Source: Lama glama
Taxonomy: Eukaryota
Reading direction: 5' to 3'
Assembly (NCBI GenBank): GCA_028534125.1
Contig: CM052818.1
Location: forward strand, 45,510,001-45,574,000
DNA length: 64,000 nucleotides
Shown: positions 12,266 through 24,364 of the stretch, in pieces
How positions within the stretch are numbered: position 1 is the stretch's first letter
How the letters are laid out: every line of letters starts with the position of its first letter
The notes under the pieces: model-generated
What the model was told of the DNA's origin: nothing
Databases searched by the model: none
The model's input: the letters and a program-made list of their open reading frames with translations, nothing else
Made by a program: the position numbers and the translations under genes

Positions 12266-15200
12266 TGTGTGTCCAAGGGCCTAGCACAGAGCCTGAATGA
12301 ATGGACAGATGAGTAAGAGAATGGGTTTCTTCTAGGACCCTCTTGCTCTAATATTTTGTGACCCTTCTGGTATCAGGGATACAGGAAGGAATGTCAGGGA
12401 TCAGGATGGCAAAGCGCTCTCTTGCTCAGGTCTGAAGATCCAAGAAGGGACAGTCTGTAATTCAGACTTGGTATTTTAGAAAGTTCCATTTGCTGGAACA
12501 GGGACAGCTGGAGCAGAATAGAGGGCCTGGGGGTGGTGTCAGACTCAGGGGTCCATTCACCAAACTGGAGCCATCTCTTCCTTCCCCCGGGGCACACACC
12601 CCCAGTGATGTCCCCAGCCAACTCTGCCCTCCGGCTGGGATCTCTTGCTTGAGTGGTGCAGCCTCACCCTCGAGCCAGGGTCACTGCTACCCGAAGCTTC
12701 AGGGGACCAGCACTTTGAGCTGCTTCCCCCATGGAGGAAGGCAGGTTGGTGGATGGGATATAAATGCGCCTCTGGGGAAGAACAAGGCAGGGAGAGGAAG
12801 AGGAAATGCCCGAGAGGATGAGCGTCTCTCTACAGAATCTGCTGATGCAACAGGAAAAGGGCTCGAGGCAGGACCAAAAACAAGACCGTGTGATGTTTCT
12901 TAACGCTGAAATCGTCACGCACGTCCAGCCATACACGAGTTCCATGTTTCCACAGAGGGTGCCAGCTGCCAGGCAAGGAGCAGGGCCAGCAGCACCTGGC
13001 AGGGGGTGGGCCTGAGCGCAGAGCCGGGGGCTTGCTCTGCCCCCTCCCACACCGCCAGAGCCTTAGTGCCTTGCTGTGAAGGCAAATTTCAGGCTTACGC
13101 AGGCACAGCCCCAAACACCAGGCTGGAGTACAGAGAGAAGTTTGTCCCTTGTGCCCACAAAGGTTTCCCAGCCCATTCTGTGCCGGGCATGGGAACATGT
13201 GGGTGGACAAGATGCACAGGCCCTTCCCAGGTGCCCCCAATGCCCCCAGCACACCGACAATACCGGTAACGTGCCAAATGAGGCTTACTTACAAGAGACC
13301 AGGAGTGCCGGAGGGGAGCTGGCCTGTCCCCCGTGAGACGGCTGGCAGGGCTGACAGGGGAGGCCTGCGCCAGTCTTAGGGGCCCCAGGAGTCCTCCAGG
13401 TGGGCGGACAAAGGGAACAGCGTGTGCCGGGACGAGGAGGCCCAGAGACCCACCCAAGGCCACAGAGGCCAGGACGTGAGTGTGAGGATGATTGTGGAAG
13501 AATGCTGGGAACGCAATACCAATTGCAGAGGAGATGATCAAGGGGAGAAACCGGAAGGGCTGGAAGGCAGGGGCTTGCAACGCCCCCCATCCTCCCCAGC
13601 AAATGCCCATGCCTAGGAAAACACCCAGAATGCATCTAGTCCAGGGCTCAGGAATCTATCACCGTTTCATCGAACGATTAAAAACTCCAAGGTTGAAATA
13701 AACAAACACGTGAATCACACAGCATCTGCTTCTCAGGGACTGGAGGCGACCACAAGCTAACTGCTCTTCTGAAGGACACTTGAGAGGCCACAGCAGGCTA
13801 GACGCTGCTGACGAAGGCAGGAGCCAGTCTGAGATTTCAGAAGCCCTTCCCTCCTGCAGCTCCCTAGATCTGGTCCCCATTTGGTCAGCCCTGGGGGGAC
13901 AGAGCCAGTGGAGGGGTCCCCAGCTCAACTGTGCTTATCACACGTAGAAGTTTGGGACACTAGACCTTGCACATCTTGGAGTAAGTTCCTCCTGGCTACT
14001 TGTCCCCTGCTGTGGAGTGACTCAAGTAATCCGAGCCCATGTGAGACAGACCCATGGGCAGATGACGGCAGAGCGAGTCTGCGATTCCACTCTGATGCTC
14101 ATGGCCAGGATGTGAGCCACGGTCCTTCAGCCAGGCAGCGTCCTCCCAGCAGGAGGGAGACCAAGATGACCAGACCAGCACCCAGCTGGAGGGGCAGCTC
14201 TCAGGAGGTGGAGGCAGCGGGTGAGAGAATTTGCTGGGCCAGGTCCTGGAGTCAGGCAGTCCCTGTCTCAAGGCTCCAGAGAACCTCTGTTTGCTCCTCT
14301 GTAAATGGGATGGAAGCCAGCTTTGGGAGCTGCAGTCTGGATGGGGGCCGTGTACAGAAGGGACCCCCACTGGGCAGCAAGTGGCCAGCCCGGGTCTCTC
14401 CCAGGACCCCCTTCTCTAGCCTTTAGGTCTTGGCTAATTCTTGACTTCTCTGGGCCCCCGCTTCCTTGGCTATAAATGGGTCCCAACCTGTTGGTTTCAC
14501 GGTGTAATTGGGAGGATAAAGGGAAATGAAGGCTGTAAAAGGACTCTGACAAATTTAAAGCATCAGACAAATACACGGACATAATATCACAGTTTTTGTG
14601 ATAAAAGAAATGCATGATGCGCTTATGAGCTTAATCACAATATCAAACAGAGGCAGGCTGGGAGGCTGGAGGCTGCCACGGGGCTTCCTGCACTGCCCGC
14701 AGGCCCTCTCCCCGGCACGCCCAGCACAGCGGTATTAAACCCCTGGTCCAGTACTCACTCACACACACAGATCAGACACCACCTACCACACTACACACAT
14801 ACACACACTCTACTCCCCTTCCTCCACACTGGTGTCCTCCACCACCGACGGAAAGCCTTCATCTGCTCCCTGGCTCCCAGTGGGAGAGAAACCAGGCCTG
14901 GTGGTGGTGGTGGAGGTGGCGGCGGCACCGGGGAGGGGGTGCTTTCAGGGTGAAGGCTTTCCTAACACAACAGCGTACGGAATGCCTAGGATTCACTCCT
15001 GGGAAGCCAGTTATCTTAGAGAAACCAGCACGGGCCATGTTTACCGTTCCTCCCTTCATTCCACAGCTATTACATACACTTACTAAACGTATAGATATTT
15101 TACACACCAGGCCCTGACGGTGTGACCTGTGAGCTCTGCTGGGGTGGAGGCGGGAGCGGCAGGGCCCCCAGAGCTGCCACCTGGGGGAACACCCGTCCAC

Positions 15201-15462
15201 TGGAGAAGGTCGGAGCATCATTCCAGGAGGAGTCAGTGTGCGAGGAGGTGTGAGGGTGGGAAAATGTGTGGTGAGGTGTGGAACATGGCTGGGGGGTGGG
15301 CAGGATCTTTCCTGGTGGTGCAGGGAGCCTGGGCAGCATCTTGACTCCACAATTCATAGGCCCAAGCTTCTGGGGAGACCAACCCTCCGCAAGTACCCCA
15401 TCCCTGCTGCACATTTTCAGGCCTGTTACCTCTCCAGGCACCTTCCTGAACAATGACTGGAC

Positions 15463-15520
15463 TAACAGTACAACAGTACTGAACAGCAGAGAACAGCATG
15501 GAACAACATGGAACAGTAGA
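15463..15520. repeat. Degenerate short tandem repeat (about 8-10 nt, AACAGYA..)
   Basis: AACAGTAC AACAGTACTG AACAGCAGAG AACAGCATGG AACAACATGG AACAGTAG. Confidence 0.7.
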
Positions 15521-16704
15521 GGATGATAAGGAATGAATGGATAGATTAACAAATGTAAGGGGTTGGGAGGAGGTGTGGCAGGGGAAAGAAGGAAAAACAC
15601 CATCAAACCCTAGGAATTCAGACTAATTACTCGAAGGGCAGTTCAAATTTGTAAAGTCTGAGTCAAAAAATACCTGAAAGAGGGCCTCTGACTTCTTTTT
15701 CAGGCAAAGGGTAAGGAATGGACTGTCTCGCGTGGTGAGGTAGATGAGGGGTGTCTACAAAGAGCAGATCGGAATCTGTTGTTATTAGCACAGCTGGAGT
15801 CGGAAGGCCTGGACGACCATGGGTAAGCCACACACCTCAAGCTTTACTCTCCTCATCTAAAAAATATGAATTTGGACACTGTGGCCCCGAGGCACGGCCC
15901 ACCCTGGAAAACGTCTTGGAGTCTACCCCCGGTGGAGGCCCCGGCGGCACCTGAGAAGTTCTCCCACTTGGCTGGAGTGTGTGTCCCTTTCCCCAGGATC
16001 CTGGTGGGCCGACCCAGTCCCTCTTTTCCCAGCGGGTGGTAGAAGGCTCATTTCTACCAGGTTCCTGCCTGAGTGACAGCTCAATTCTCAGTCCCTGGGC
16101 CCCAAATCAACGAGGTTTGATCACATTCTGAGATATCCTGGGCGAAACCGAGAAGAAATGGCATTCTAAACGTCAGACAGAAGAGGTGTTTTTAAGACAC
16201 GTGTGGCCCCCTGGGGTTTTGTGCCTGTCGACACACAACCCTGACCTCAGGGCAAGGTGCAGCCCGGGAGGTGCCGCCTACGGCAGGGCCCCCGGAGGGC
16301 GGGCTCCAGCCGGATGCCTCCTGGCTTCACTTATGTACACTCGCACACCAATCCCCAGTTCTGTGTGTGTTTTTTGAAACTTGGAAGTAAACGTCCAGTG
16401 AATCATCTCATCTGCTATTTGATCCATGTTTAATGTCTTTGGAGAGAAATAAACACAGTAAGTCATTCTCCCTAAAAGTGGCATCAGTCTGGCTGAGACG
16501 CTCAGTGCGCACATAGTGACGTGCCAGCTGCCCCTTGGTGGCCCCAGGGCTACAGCCTTGAGCTATCATCAGAGTGTATTTATCGTCAGAGTGAAGACAG
16601 CTCATCAGCACTGCCCTTTGCCATTTTTATTCTTCAAATCACAGCACCAGAAGCCATAGATTCTGCAGGGAGGCTTGGGGCCAACACACAAATTCACACA
16701 GCCA

Positions 16705-16820
16705 GTGTCGACCAACACGTGTTAACTGAGCACCTACTGAGTGGCAGTCACTGCGCTGTGTTGGGGACACGCAAAAGTACAAGGTGCCTCCATGTGCTGA
16801 CAGTGTGGCTGGAGAGGAAG
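16705..16820 (-). mobile_element. L2 fragment
   Basis: CAACACGTGTTAACTGAGCACCTACTGAGTGGCAGTCACTGCGCTG...GGGGACAC. Confidence 0.55.
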
Positions 16821-17982
16821 GCGTGAATTCCTCTTTCTTTCTCTATTGTGAGTTAGTTCTGCTCTGAGCCCAGCACAGTGATGGTGGGGATGGGGTGGTG
16901 GGGGAGCAGGGCAGGGACGGGGAGAAGGGAGAGGGAAGGAAGGTGGCATTCCAGGCCCAGGTCCTTCCCTGGCCCTTTTCCCCAAAGACAAAGAGTTGGG
17001 TTTCAGTCACCAGGACGAGGCTAGGAATAATCCCACAGCCAGTTAGCATGGCACCTGACACACAGGAGGGACGTGTGCTCGGTGAGGGGAAGTTGGGGTG
17101 GGTGCAATGGAGAGAAGGCAGCAGACATGGGCGCCCTGGCAGCCCCAGCTGCCTCGCGGGTCCCCCAGTTCCGTGCATCTGTGGCCGCAGAGAACTGTCC
17201 AGAGTGCCTGAGAGCCCACGTTCCTCGCCCACCCCCCGCCAGCTCTCTGAATTGTCCATTAGAGGCTTTCTGACCCAGATGTCCTCTGACTCCAGTGGAA
17301 GAGCCTGGAGACGCCCTGGAGACCCTCTGATGTCCGAGGAACAGCCAGCACAGCTACAGTTTGCTAAGCATGTCCCTGGAGGACTTCCAAGCTAACAATG
17401 TGCACCTGGGGTCTGACAAACCCAAGAAATGTCAAGGGGTCCACAGGACGGAAAAATGCGAAATCTGGGCTGTCCCAGAAATCATGGCCGTGTGCCTGGA
17501 ACACGTCCAATGTCTCGGGAAGCGAAGTGAGAAGGAGAAGTGTGGGCTCGACCCAGGAGGCCGGCGACGCGGAGCAGGAGAACCTGAGTGGGCTGAGACC
17601 CAGCTCAGGGGCCCCGCCCAGGTGCCAACAGGCAGTGACATCTCAGGGACATCGCTTGGTCCTTCCTTCATTCATGATGGAGCCTCCCTCTCTGCCCCAT
17701 CCCTTGGGCGCTGAGCAAAGACTGACTGGTGGTTAAGGTGCCCTTCCTTCCACCTCTGCCTTTCTTCTCTCCAACCAGGTGTGAGCCCAGAGCTGGACCT
17801 CACTCGGGACCCACACAGCACCTCTTGCAGAAACCTACCTGGAGCAGAAGCTCAGGGATGCTGAGGGCAGGGATTCCCTTGCCTGGGGCTGGCTGTCCAG
17901 TAGACAGGCCAGGACGCTGGTCCCTGTCCCTCCACTGACTGCATAGCAGATGAGAACGCCAAGCCAAGAGGTGCACACCGCA

Positions 17983-18009
17983 GTGTGTGTGTGTCTGTGT
18001 GTGTGTGTG
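17983..18009. repeat. (TG)n microsatellite with one interruption
   Basis: GTGTGTGTGTGTCTGTGTGTGTGTG seen directly. Confidence 0.9.
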
Positions 18010-19874
18010 AACACGCGCACATGTGAGCGCACATTTGCCTACAATGTTCGTCACGCAGGATCTGCCCCTGCGGTTGAGGGTGGAAGGGACGTCCACAGGA
18101 AGTGATACTGCAGAGTCATCGCTAGTCACTCTAAAAATAACCCTCAACGTACAACCGAGGGAGGATTTCCCCCTTCCTGGTGCCCCACCTCAAAACCACA
18201 GCAGCTTCCACTCTGCAGGCCACTTCGGGACGGCCAGGTGGACCGCACCCAGAGGAGAGGTTAGCCCGGGGTCATGCTCTCCTGCCTCCTTTGCCTGCAG
18301 AACTCCTGTTGATCTCACGTCTTCCAGAAGCATGGCTAAGTCTCTGAGCAACAGGCATCTCTGAAGTGGCAGGGAGGCCCATCGCAGAGTGCGACCCCAG
18401 CCGCCCTGAGCTTGCTGCTCCTCACCTGCACCTGTGTCGCTGGGCTGGCACTGCGAGTGCCCCGCTCCTCCCGCATCATCTGCACCCTCCCATCTGTCTG
18501 CCCGGCTCCCATCCCCCCACTGGCTCCTCCCCTCCAGTGACACTGATCTCCTTGCTGCCCCTTAACACCTGGGCCGGCCACGGCGGGCAGGCCATCGGAA
18601 CAGCCGCTTCCCCAAGCCCTGACCCCAACTCCCCTGGCAACAGAGCCCACATCCCTGGCCTCAATCAAAGCTCACAGCACTCGGGGTGGGCAGGGCAGGG
18701 TGATGACAAATGACAGTCGGTTGTAGTAACCGCTGGACAACAGGGGTGGGGGGGGTGGAGGAGGAGAAGGAGGAGCCAAAGGGCAACCCCCGCCCCAGGA
18801 ACCTTGCCCAACACTATTCTTAGCTCTAATCTTGCAACAAGCCCAGGGAGGGAGGTGTGATAAACCATCTTATGGCCGAGACCTAGGGAAGGCTAAGTGG
18901 CCCAGTGGGATCCGAGTGCACAGATCCAAGGTCAGAGGCCTTTCTCTCACCCACCACCTGGTTCCTCACTTGGGAACAGAACCAAACACTCAGCTCAAGA
19001 AGAGGGACAGACCCACAGCAGAGCCAGCTCGCTTCCCAGCCCTGCGGCCAGGCTGGTTCAGTGCAGCTAGCAGGGCAGGGGGGTCCCAGGGGAGCCATGC
19101 AGAGCGCCTCCGGGGGACAAGGGGATGGGCACTTGGCTCCGCTTCGGGCCAGGGAGGCTTGGGAAAGGATGGAATGTACCAGATGATGTGAAGGGGAAGG
19201 TGGTGCAGGCGGAGGGCACAGGCTGAGCAAAGGCCTGGGGGCTGGACGTACCTGCGGATGGCGCAGGCACCTGCTTTCACCAGGCCTCCCTCGCGGCCAG
19301 GGCTGGCAGTGGCTGGAGATGAGGCCGGGAGGGTAGTGGATTCAAACAGACGAAGGGCGTGTAGGTCAAGCTGGTGATGGTGCACTCTGCCCCTGGTCTG
19401 ACCCGAGAGCAGCCGGGTGCCGGGCCCCCCGTTTGGGTTCAGGCCTGGTTAGGGCCTTGCCATGCTGGAGGGCAGGAGGGTGAGGGGGCTGTGGGTGGGG
19501 AAGGGGCTCCTGTGGTCAGCCTTTTGAGGAGGGGTCCTTAATGTCCCCTTCAAAGTCTGCCCCTCATACTTCTGATGCATCTCACAACCAAAGCGCCCCG
19601 GGTCAAATGATTTACGCACAAGCCCGGCCAGTTCAGGGCAAGAACCGAGATTCCCACAGGACCTGGGTGGGTTCTTTTCATCTCTGGGCCCGTTTCCTGA
19701 CCCGTCTCATGCGGGTGCTGGGCAGGCTGTTCCCCAAATTCCTTGTCTTCCCCCTTCTTCCCGCTAAGCTAGGTCAAGTCCCAACATGGGCAGGACCCCA
19801 CAGAGTGGTAAAGGCCCCCAGCTCCCCCATTTTCACTTGCTCCCAGGCCCATGTGGCCTCCCAGAGTGACTTAC

Positions 19875-19960
19875 CCAAGGCCGAGGGGAGGCAGTGAAGG
19901 GAAGGGATCAGAACCTCCGAGGCTGGTTCTCCGTCCTTGCCCGGGCTGCTAGACCATGCC
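19875..19960 (-). other. HPCAL1: HPCAL1 non-coding 5'UTR exon (86 nt)
   Basis: Branch-like GTGAC, then pyrimidine tract TTTGTCCTCTCTTCCAG| (AG at 19962-19961) and a consensus donor TGG|GTAAGT (GT at 19874-19873). Size and start (GGCATGGTCTAG) match my recollection of the human HPCAL1 5'UTR exon; not verified by alignment. Confidence 0.8.
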
Positions 19961-20659
19961 CTGGAAGAGAGGACAAACCAGTCACGTGGGGAGGGGACAC
20001 CCGGGCCTGGAGGTCACTGACTTTCTCTCTGGTTGCTTCCATGTACCACTGAGGGGACGACCGCTTCTGTAAGCTCCATGCTAAGTACAGAAAACAGTCT
20101 GTCCCGCTGTTTAGGGTGGGGGACATGAGCACGTGCACCTCCAACACCGGGAGGAAGGAAGCCCTCCGCAGTCCTGACCAGAGAGGCCACCCAGGGAGAT
20201 GCTGGCCACCCCTTGGATGCTGTCACTGGCTACCACAAGCCAGGGTCAATCCACGTGTGGCGGGTGGCCCCAGCAGCATCACTGAGTCACCACGTTCATC
20301 ACTACGCCACCAGAGGCCTCACATAACAGGGTCACTGGAAGGGCCCAGTGGGTTGGACCTACCATGACCTGCACAGAGCAGGCCCACAGGAGCTCCCACA
20401 GCCAAGCCCTGGCCCCCGCATGCAACGAAAGGTCAGAAGATGTCACTGACCCCCAGCCAACGACTCAGAGCCCCACGGTCACTGGGAGAACAGGCATGAC
20501 CTCCAACCATCTCCAGCAGCTTCAGGCACAAACATTCCAAACACCCCCGTGCCAGCTAACTGCCAGCCAGCCTCCTCCCTCACCCCTTCCCTTTCTGCAC
20601 TGGCAGCACCTTGTACATGGTATGTAATTATAACGTCCTTACAGCTCCATCCCTGCACA

Positions 20660-21125
20660 GCTGGTGCCCTGCTAAAAGCTTTCTATGCATTCATTTCTGT
20701 CATCCAATTTAATCCTCCCAATAGCCCTATGAAGTAGGCATAATTATCATTATTTTTAACCATGTTTTAAATTGAAGTATAGTTAATTTACAATGTTGTG
20801 TTAGTTTCAGGTGTACAGCAAAGTGACTCAGTTTTAGATACACGTATACATGTCTTTGTCAGATACTTTTCCATTATAGGTTCTTACAAGATGTTGAAAA
20901 TAGTTCCCTGTGCTTTACAGTAGTAGGTCCTTGTTTGTCTATTTTATATATAGTAGTGTGTATATGTTAATCCCAAACTGCAAATTTATGTCTACCTGAG
21001 ATAAGCATAATTATTAACCCTATTTTACAGACAGGGAAACTGAGGCTCAGAGAAACTAACTACTTGCTCAAGGTCATGTATCTTCTAAGTGGCAGAGCCA
21101 GGATGGAACCAGGCTGTCCTGGGCT
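20660..21125 (-). mobile_element. MIR SINE interrupted by an L1 insertion
   Basis: TTTAATCCTCCCAATAGCCCTATGAAGTAGG | CCCTATTTTACAGACAGGGAAACTGAGGCTCAGAG...CTTGCTCAAGGTCA rejoin once the L1 is removed. Confidence 0.85.
20748..21001 (-). mobile_element. 5'-truncated cetartiodactyl-type L1 3' end with TSD
   Basis: AATTGAAGTATAGTTAATTTACAATGTTGTGTTAGTTTCAGGTGTACAGCAAAGTGA...; TSD TAGGCATAATTAT (20735-20747) / TAAGCATAATTAT (21002-21014). Confidence 0.9.
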
Positions 21126-21639
21126 CTCACGCCCCCGGGTTACACTGCCTTCCTGCACCGGCCAGCTTCCTCCCGACCTCCAGTCTCCCCTAAACGCTAT
21201 CTTTTTTTTTACCTGAAAGCCTCTTTTTCTTCCTAATCGACACACATTTCCCAGTTATTTTCTTATAATACAAGGTTCTCTCCCTCTGCAGCCATGGTGA
21301 CAGTTTATATGCACTCACTGAGTGGTCCTGAGGACAGGAACCAGAGAGTTCACCATCCCGGAAAACCCAGTCCCCCACGGTGTGGGGGCCAGTGGGGCTC
21401 CCCTCGCTCCCGCAGAATGAGGTGACTGGGAGCTCTACGAGGTGCAGCTGGTGCCTCGCCCAGAGCCTGTATGCAGCAGGCGCTCAATAAATAATCCATG
21501 TTTGACAAATGAGTGCCCCAAACACGCTATTTAAACTCACTGCCAGGATTCAAGGCGTGCGGTAGAAAAGCCACGCATCTTCCCCTCAGAAATTCTCACT
21601 GGAGGTCACTTACCTATTTTACATATTTTATTAATAAGT

Positions 21640-21960
21640 TTTAATAGATGTTATTTTTTAAAGCAGTTTTATGTTCACAGCAAAACTGAGCAGAAAGCAC
21701 AGAGTTCCCACGTATCGCCTGGCCCCTCCCCGGACACGGCCTTCCCCAAGTTCAGCATCCCCACCAGTGACTTGGCTACAGTGTGGGTTTGTTACAGTCG
21801 GTGAACCTACATTGACACATGTCATCACCCCAAACCCGTAGTTCACAGTAGAGTTCATTCTCGGGGTTGTGCTTTCTGTGGGTTTGGGAAATGAGTATGC
21901 CCTGCATCCATCATGCTAGTGCCCTACAGAGCAGTTTCTCTGCCCCAAAATCCCTCTCCA
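21640..21960 (-). mobile_element. L1MC/MD-like 3' end
   Basis: TTTTTTAAAGCAGTTTTATGTTCACAGCAAAACTGAGCAGAAAGCACAGAGTTCCCA...GAACCTACATTGACACAT. Confidence 0.85.
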
Positions 21961-23494
21961 CTTGCCTCGGCCCAGTTTTTTAAAGGCGCTTTCATGTCAA
22001 TGATCTCAGCTAAATTACCTCATGACTCTGTGAGCCCTGCTTTGACTTTCAGGGAAATCAAGGCCCAGACAGGGTCGAGGGCTCTTCACAAGGTCATCCT
22101 TGTGAAAGCCAGTAACAGAGTTGGGCAGCAGAATGGGCTAGAAGCACTGTGTCTGGTCGTCATTGCATCATCCCACCCTCCTGAGGGCCCTGATGGGGAG
22201 AGTCCATTCTAACCCCCAGTTTACAGAGGAGCAAATAGACCCCGGGACACTTGCCAGGGTCACATGTGGCTAAGTGGGGCGTCCCAAATGCAAACCCTTA
22301 CACCCGCCTCTGCTCTTTCCAGACACCCTTGCTAATTATAAGGGCTTATAGGAGGTGTGGGAATGTAGTGAGCAAGCACCCCCCTGGCTTGAGGGGGGGC
22401 ACTTTTGCTTTTCCGGAGCTGGAGCAGGTGTGCCTCTAGCCTGCCCTCCAGGACACACCCTCCAGCTGCACTGCACGCTTAATGCCAGGGGGCTACAGGT
22501 CAGTCTTCTGTCCGGCCACAAAGGCCCCACCACTTCCAGCCTCCTGGGGGCAGCCCTGCCTGAGCGACATGCTCAGGGATCAGCTCAGGGATGGGCAACA
22601 GCATTCCTAGTCCTCACGGACACCTTCCTGTCTCACCAAGACACACCCAAACCCCCCCCCCCCAGGGAAAGCTCTGCTGAGTGGCCCGGTGACTGGGGCA
22701 TGTCCTGTGATCCCCGCCCGTCTCAGTTTCCCCATCTGACACAAGGCAGATGGGCTGGATCCCCTGGGAGGCTGGGCCTTTCCTAGCAGGAGGGGCCATC
22801 ACTCCAGAGGCCTGGAAAGCTCTAGCTCCCAGGCTGCTTGGAACACTCCATTAACTCAAATTGCAAATTTCCTCCTGGCTCTATCGCTAAGCCACAGGGG
22901 CTCCCCGGCCACCAGCTTTCCTGTGACAGATAAAGATTACAGTCATTGCTCGAGACGGAATCAAGGAGCAGAAGTCATTATGCAGAAATAATTACGTTGA
23001 GTTATGTCTGGTCGCCCCTGATTTCTGTCTCACAATCGTCTTACAAATGGTCCTACCTCTTCCTCTCCCGGAGAGCAAACTGCAGAGGCCTGGGAGATTC
23101 AAACAGACCTCTGGGCACAATTCTACTGCTCCAAACTCCTCCTGCCAGCCGGGGCGTCAGTCCCCAGGCAAGGTTCTCTGCGACACCCTTTCTTTCGCTG
23201 AGCACTTGGGACAGAGAAGAGGTTGAAGACAAAAGCCCCAGGGAAGGGGCACACTCACTGACTCACCCACATGCCCCCCTGCATTGGACCCTCCTCCAAA
23301 GCCCGCTTCACACATCACTTTCTCCGTGGGGCGCTTCCTGATCTCCCAGCCCTTGGTTCCCGTTAGGCCGAAGGCACCTCCCTCTCTTAGGTTTGGGGTT
23401 TCTAGGGAGTGACTCAGGCAGTGACCAGGTTTGACTCATTCTTGTACTCCTAGCTCCTAGCACAGAGCAAGCCTCAAGAGAGCAGAGAAGACTA

Positions 23495-23740
23495 CATGGC
23501 TGGACTGCTTGGCTCAAATCCTAGCTATGCTGTCTCCTAGCTATGTGACACTGACCCGTTAGTTAACTTCTCTCTGCCTCAGTTTTCCAGGATGTAAAAA
23601 CTGAGATGATAATAATCCTACCGAGTTCATCAAGTTCTAGTAAAGATGAAACGAGCTAATATGCACACACACAAAATACTCAGCACATAGGAAGGAAGGG
23701 CTCGGCACACGAGGAAGAATGCAATAAATGTCAACAATGA
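23495..23740 (+). mobile_element. MIR SINE
   Basis: CAAATCCTAGCT...CTAGCTATGTGAC...AGTTAACTTCTCTCTGCCTCAGTTTTCC...TGTAAAAACTGAGATGATAATA. Confidence 0.8.
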
Positions 23741-23789
23741 CTAAAAGAGTAGAAAGAGGCCTTGAAAATATTCTTGTAAAGAATCTAAG

Positions 23790-24364
23790 CCAATTAGAAA
23801 GACACAAACTACCGAAACTGACTTGAGAAGAAATAGACAATCTGAAATACCTATAAGAAGGCAACAGATGGAATTAGTAACACAAATCACTCCCAAGGAA
23901 AAGCCCAGGCCCAGATGGCTTCACTGCTGAGTTCTACAAACATTTAAAGAATTAATACCAATTCTTTACAAACTCTTCCAAAAAAACAGAAGAGGAGGGA
24001 ACACTTCCCAACTGGTTCTATGAGGCTAGTAACTACCCTGATACCAAAAGCAGACAAAGTCTTCACAAGAGAAGAAAACTACAATGTCCCTAATGGACAT
24101 AGATGAAAAGGAACAGAAACAAAAACAAAACTCAACAAAATGCTAGCAGATCAAATCCAGCAACATAAAGAATAAAAAGAATTATACATCGTACCAAGTG
24201 GGATTTATCTCAGGAATGCAAGGTTGGTTTACCATCTGAAAATCAATTAATGTACATTCAGTAAAATAAAAAGCAAAAATCGCATGCTCATCTCACTAGA
24301 TGCAGAAAAAGCATTTGACAAAATCCAACATCCTTTCATGATAAAAACACTCAACCAACTAGGA
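23790..24364 (+). mobile_element. Degraded L1 ORF2 fragment (reverse transcriptase N-terminal region)
   Basis: Frameshifted pieces encode KSPGPDGFTAEFY, PNWFYEA, QVGFISGMQGWF and [18 protein letters not shown], all L1 ORF2 motifs. Confidence 0.93.

Noticed and set aside
15463..15520. CRISPR-like array
   Set aside because: Short degenerate tandem units with no spacers, in eukaryotic DNA.
21319..21409. Possible exon ending at donor TCA|GTGAGT
   Set aside because: The best-looking acceptor position reads TTCTGCGG rather than AG; no support.
23790..24364. Active or domesticated reverse transcriptase
   Set aside because: Multiple frameshifts and truncation before the catalytic motif; an ordinary L1 relic.
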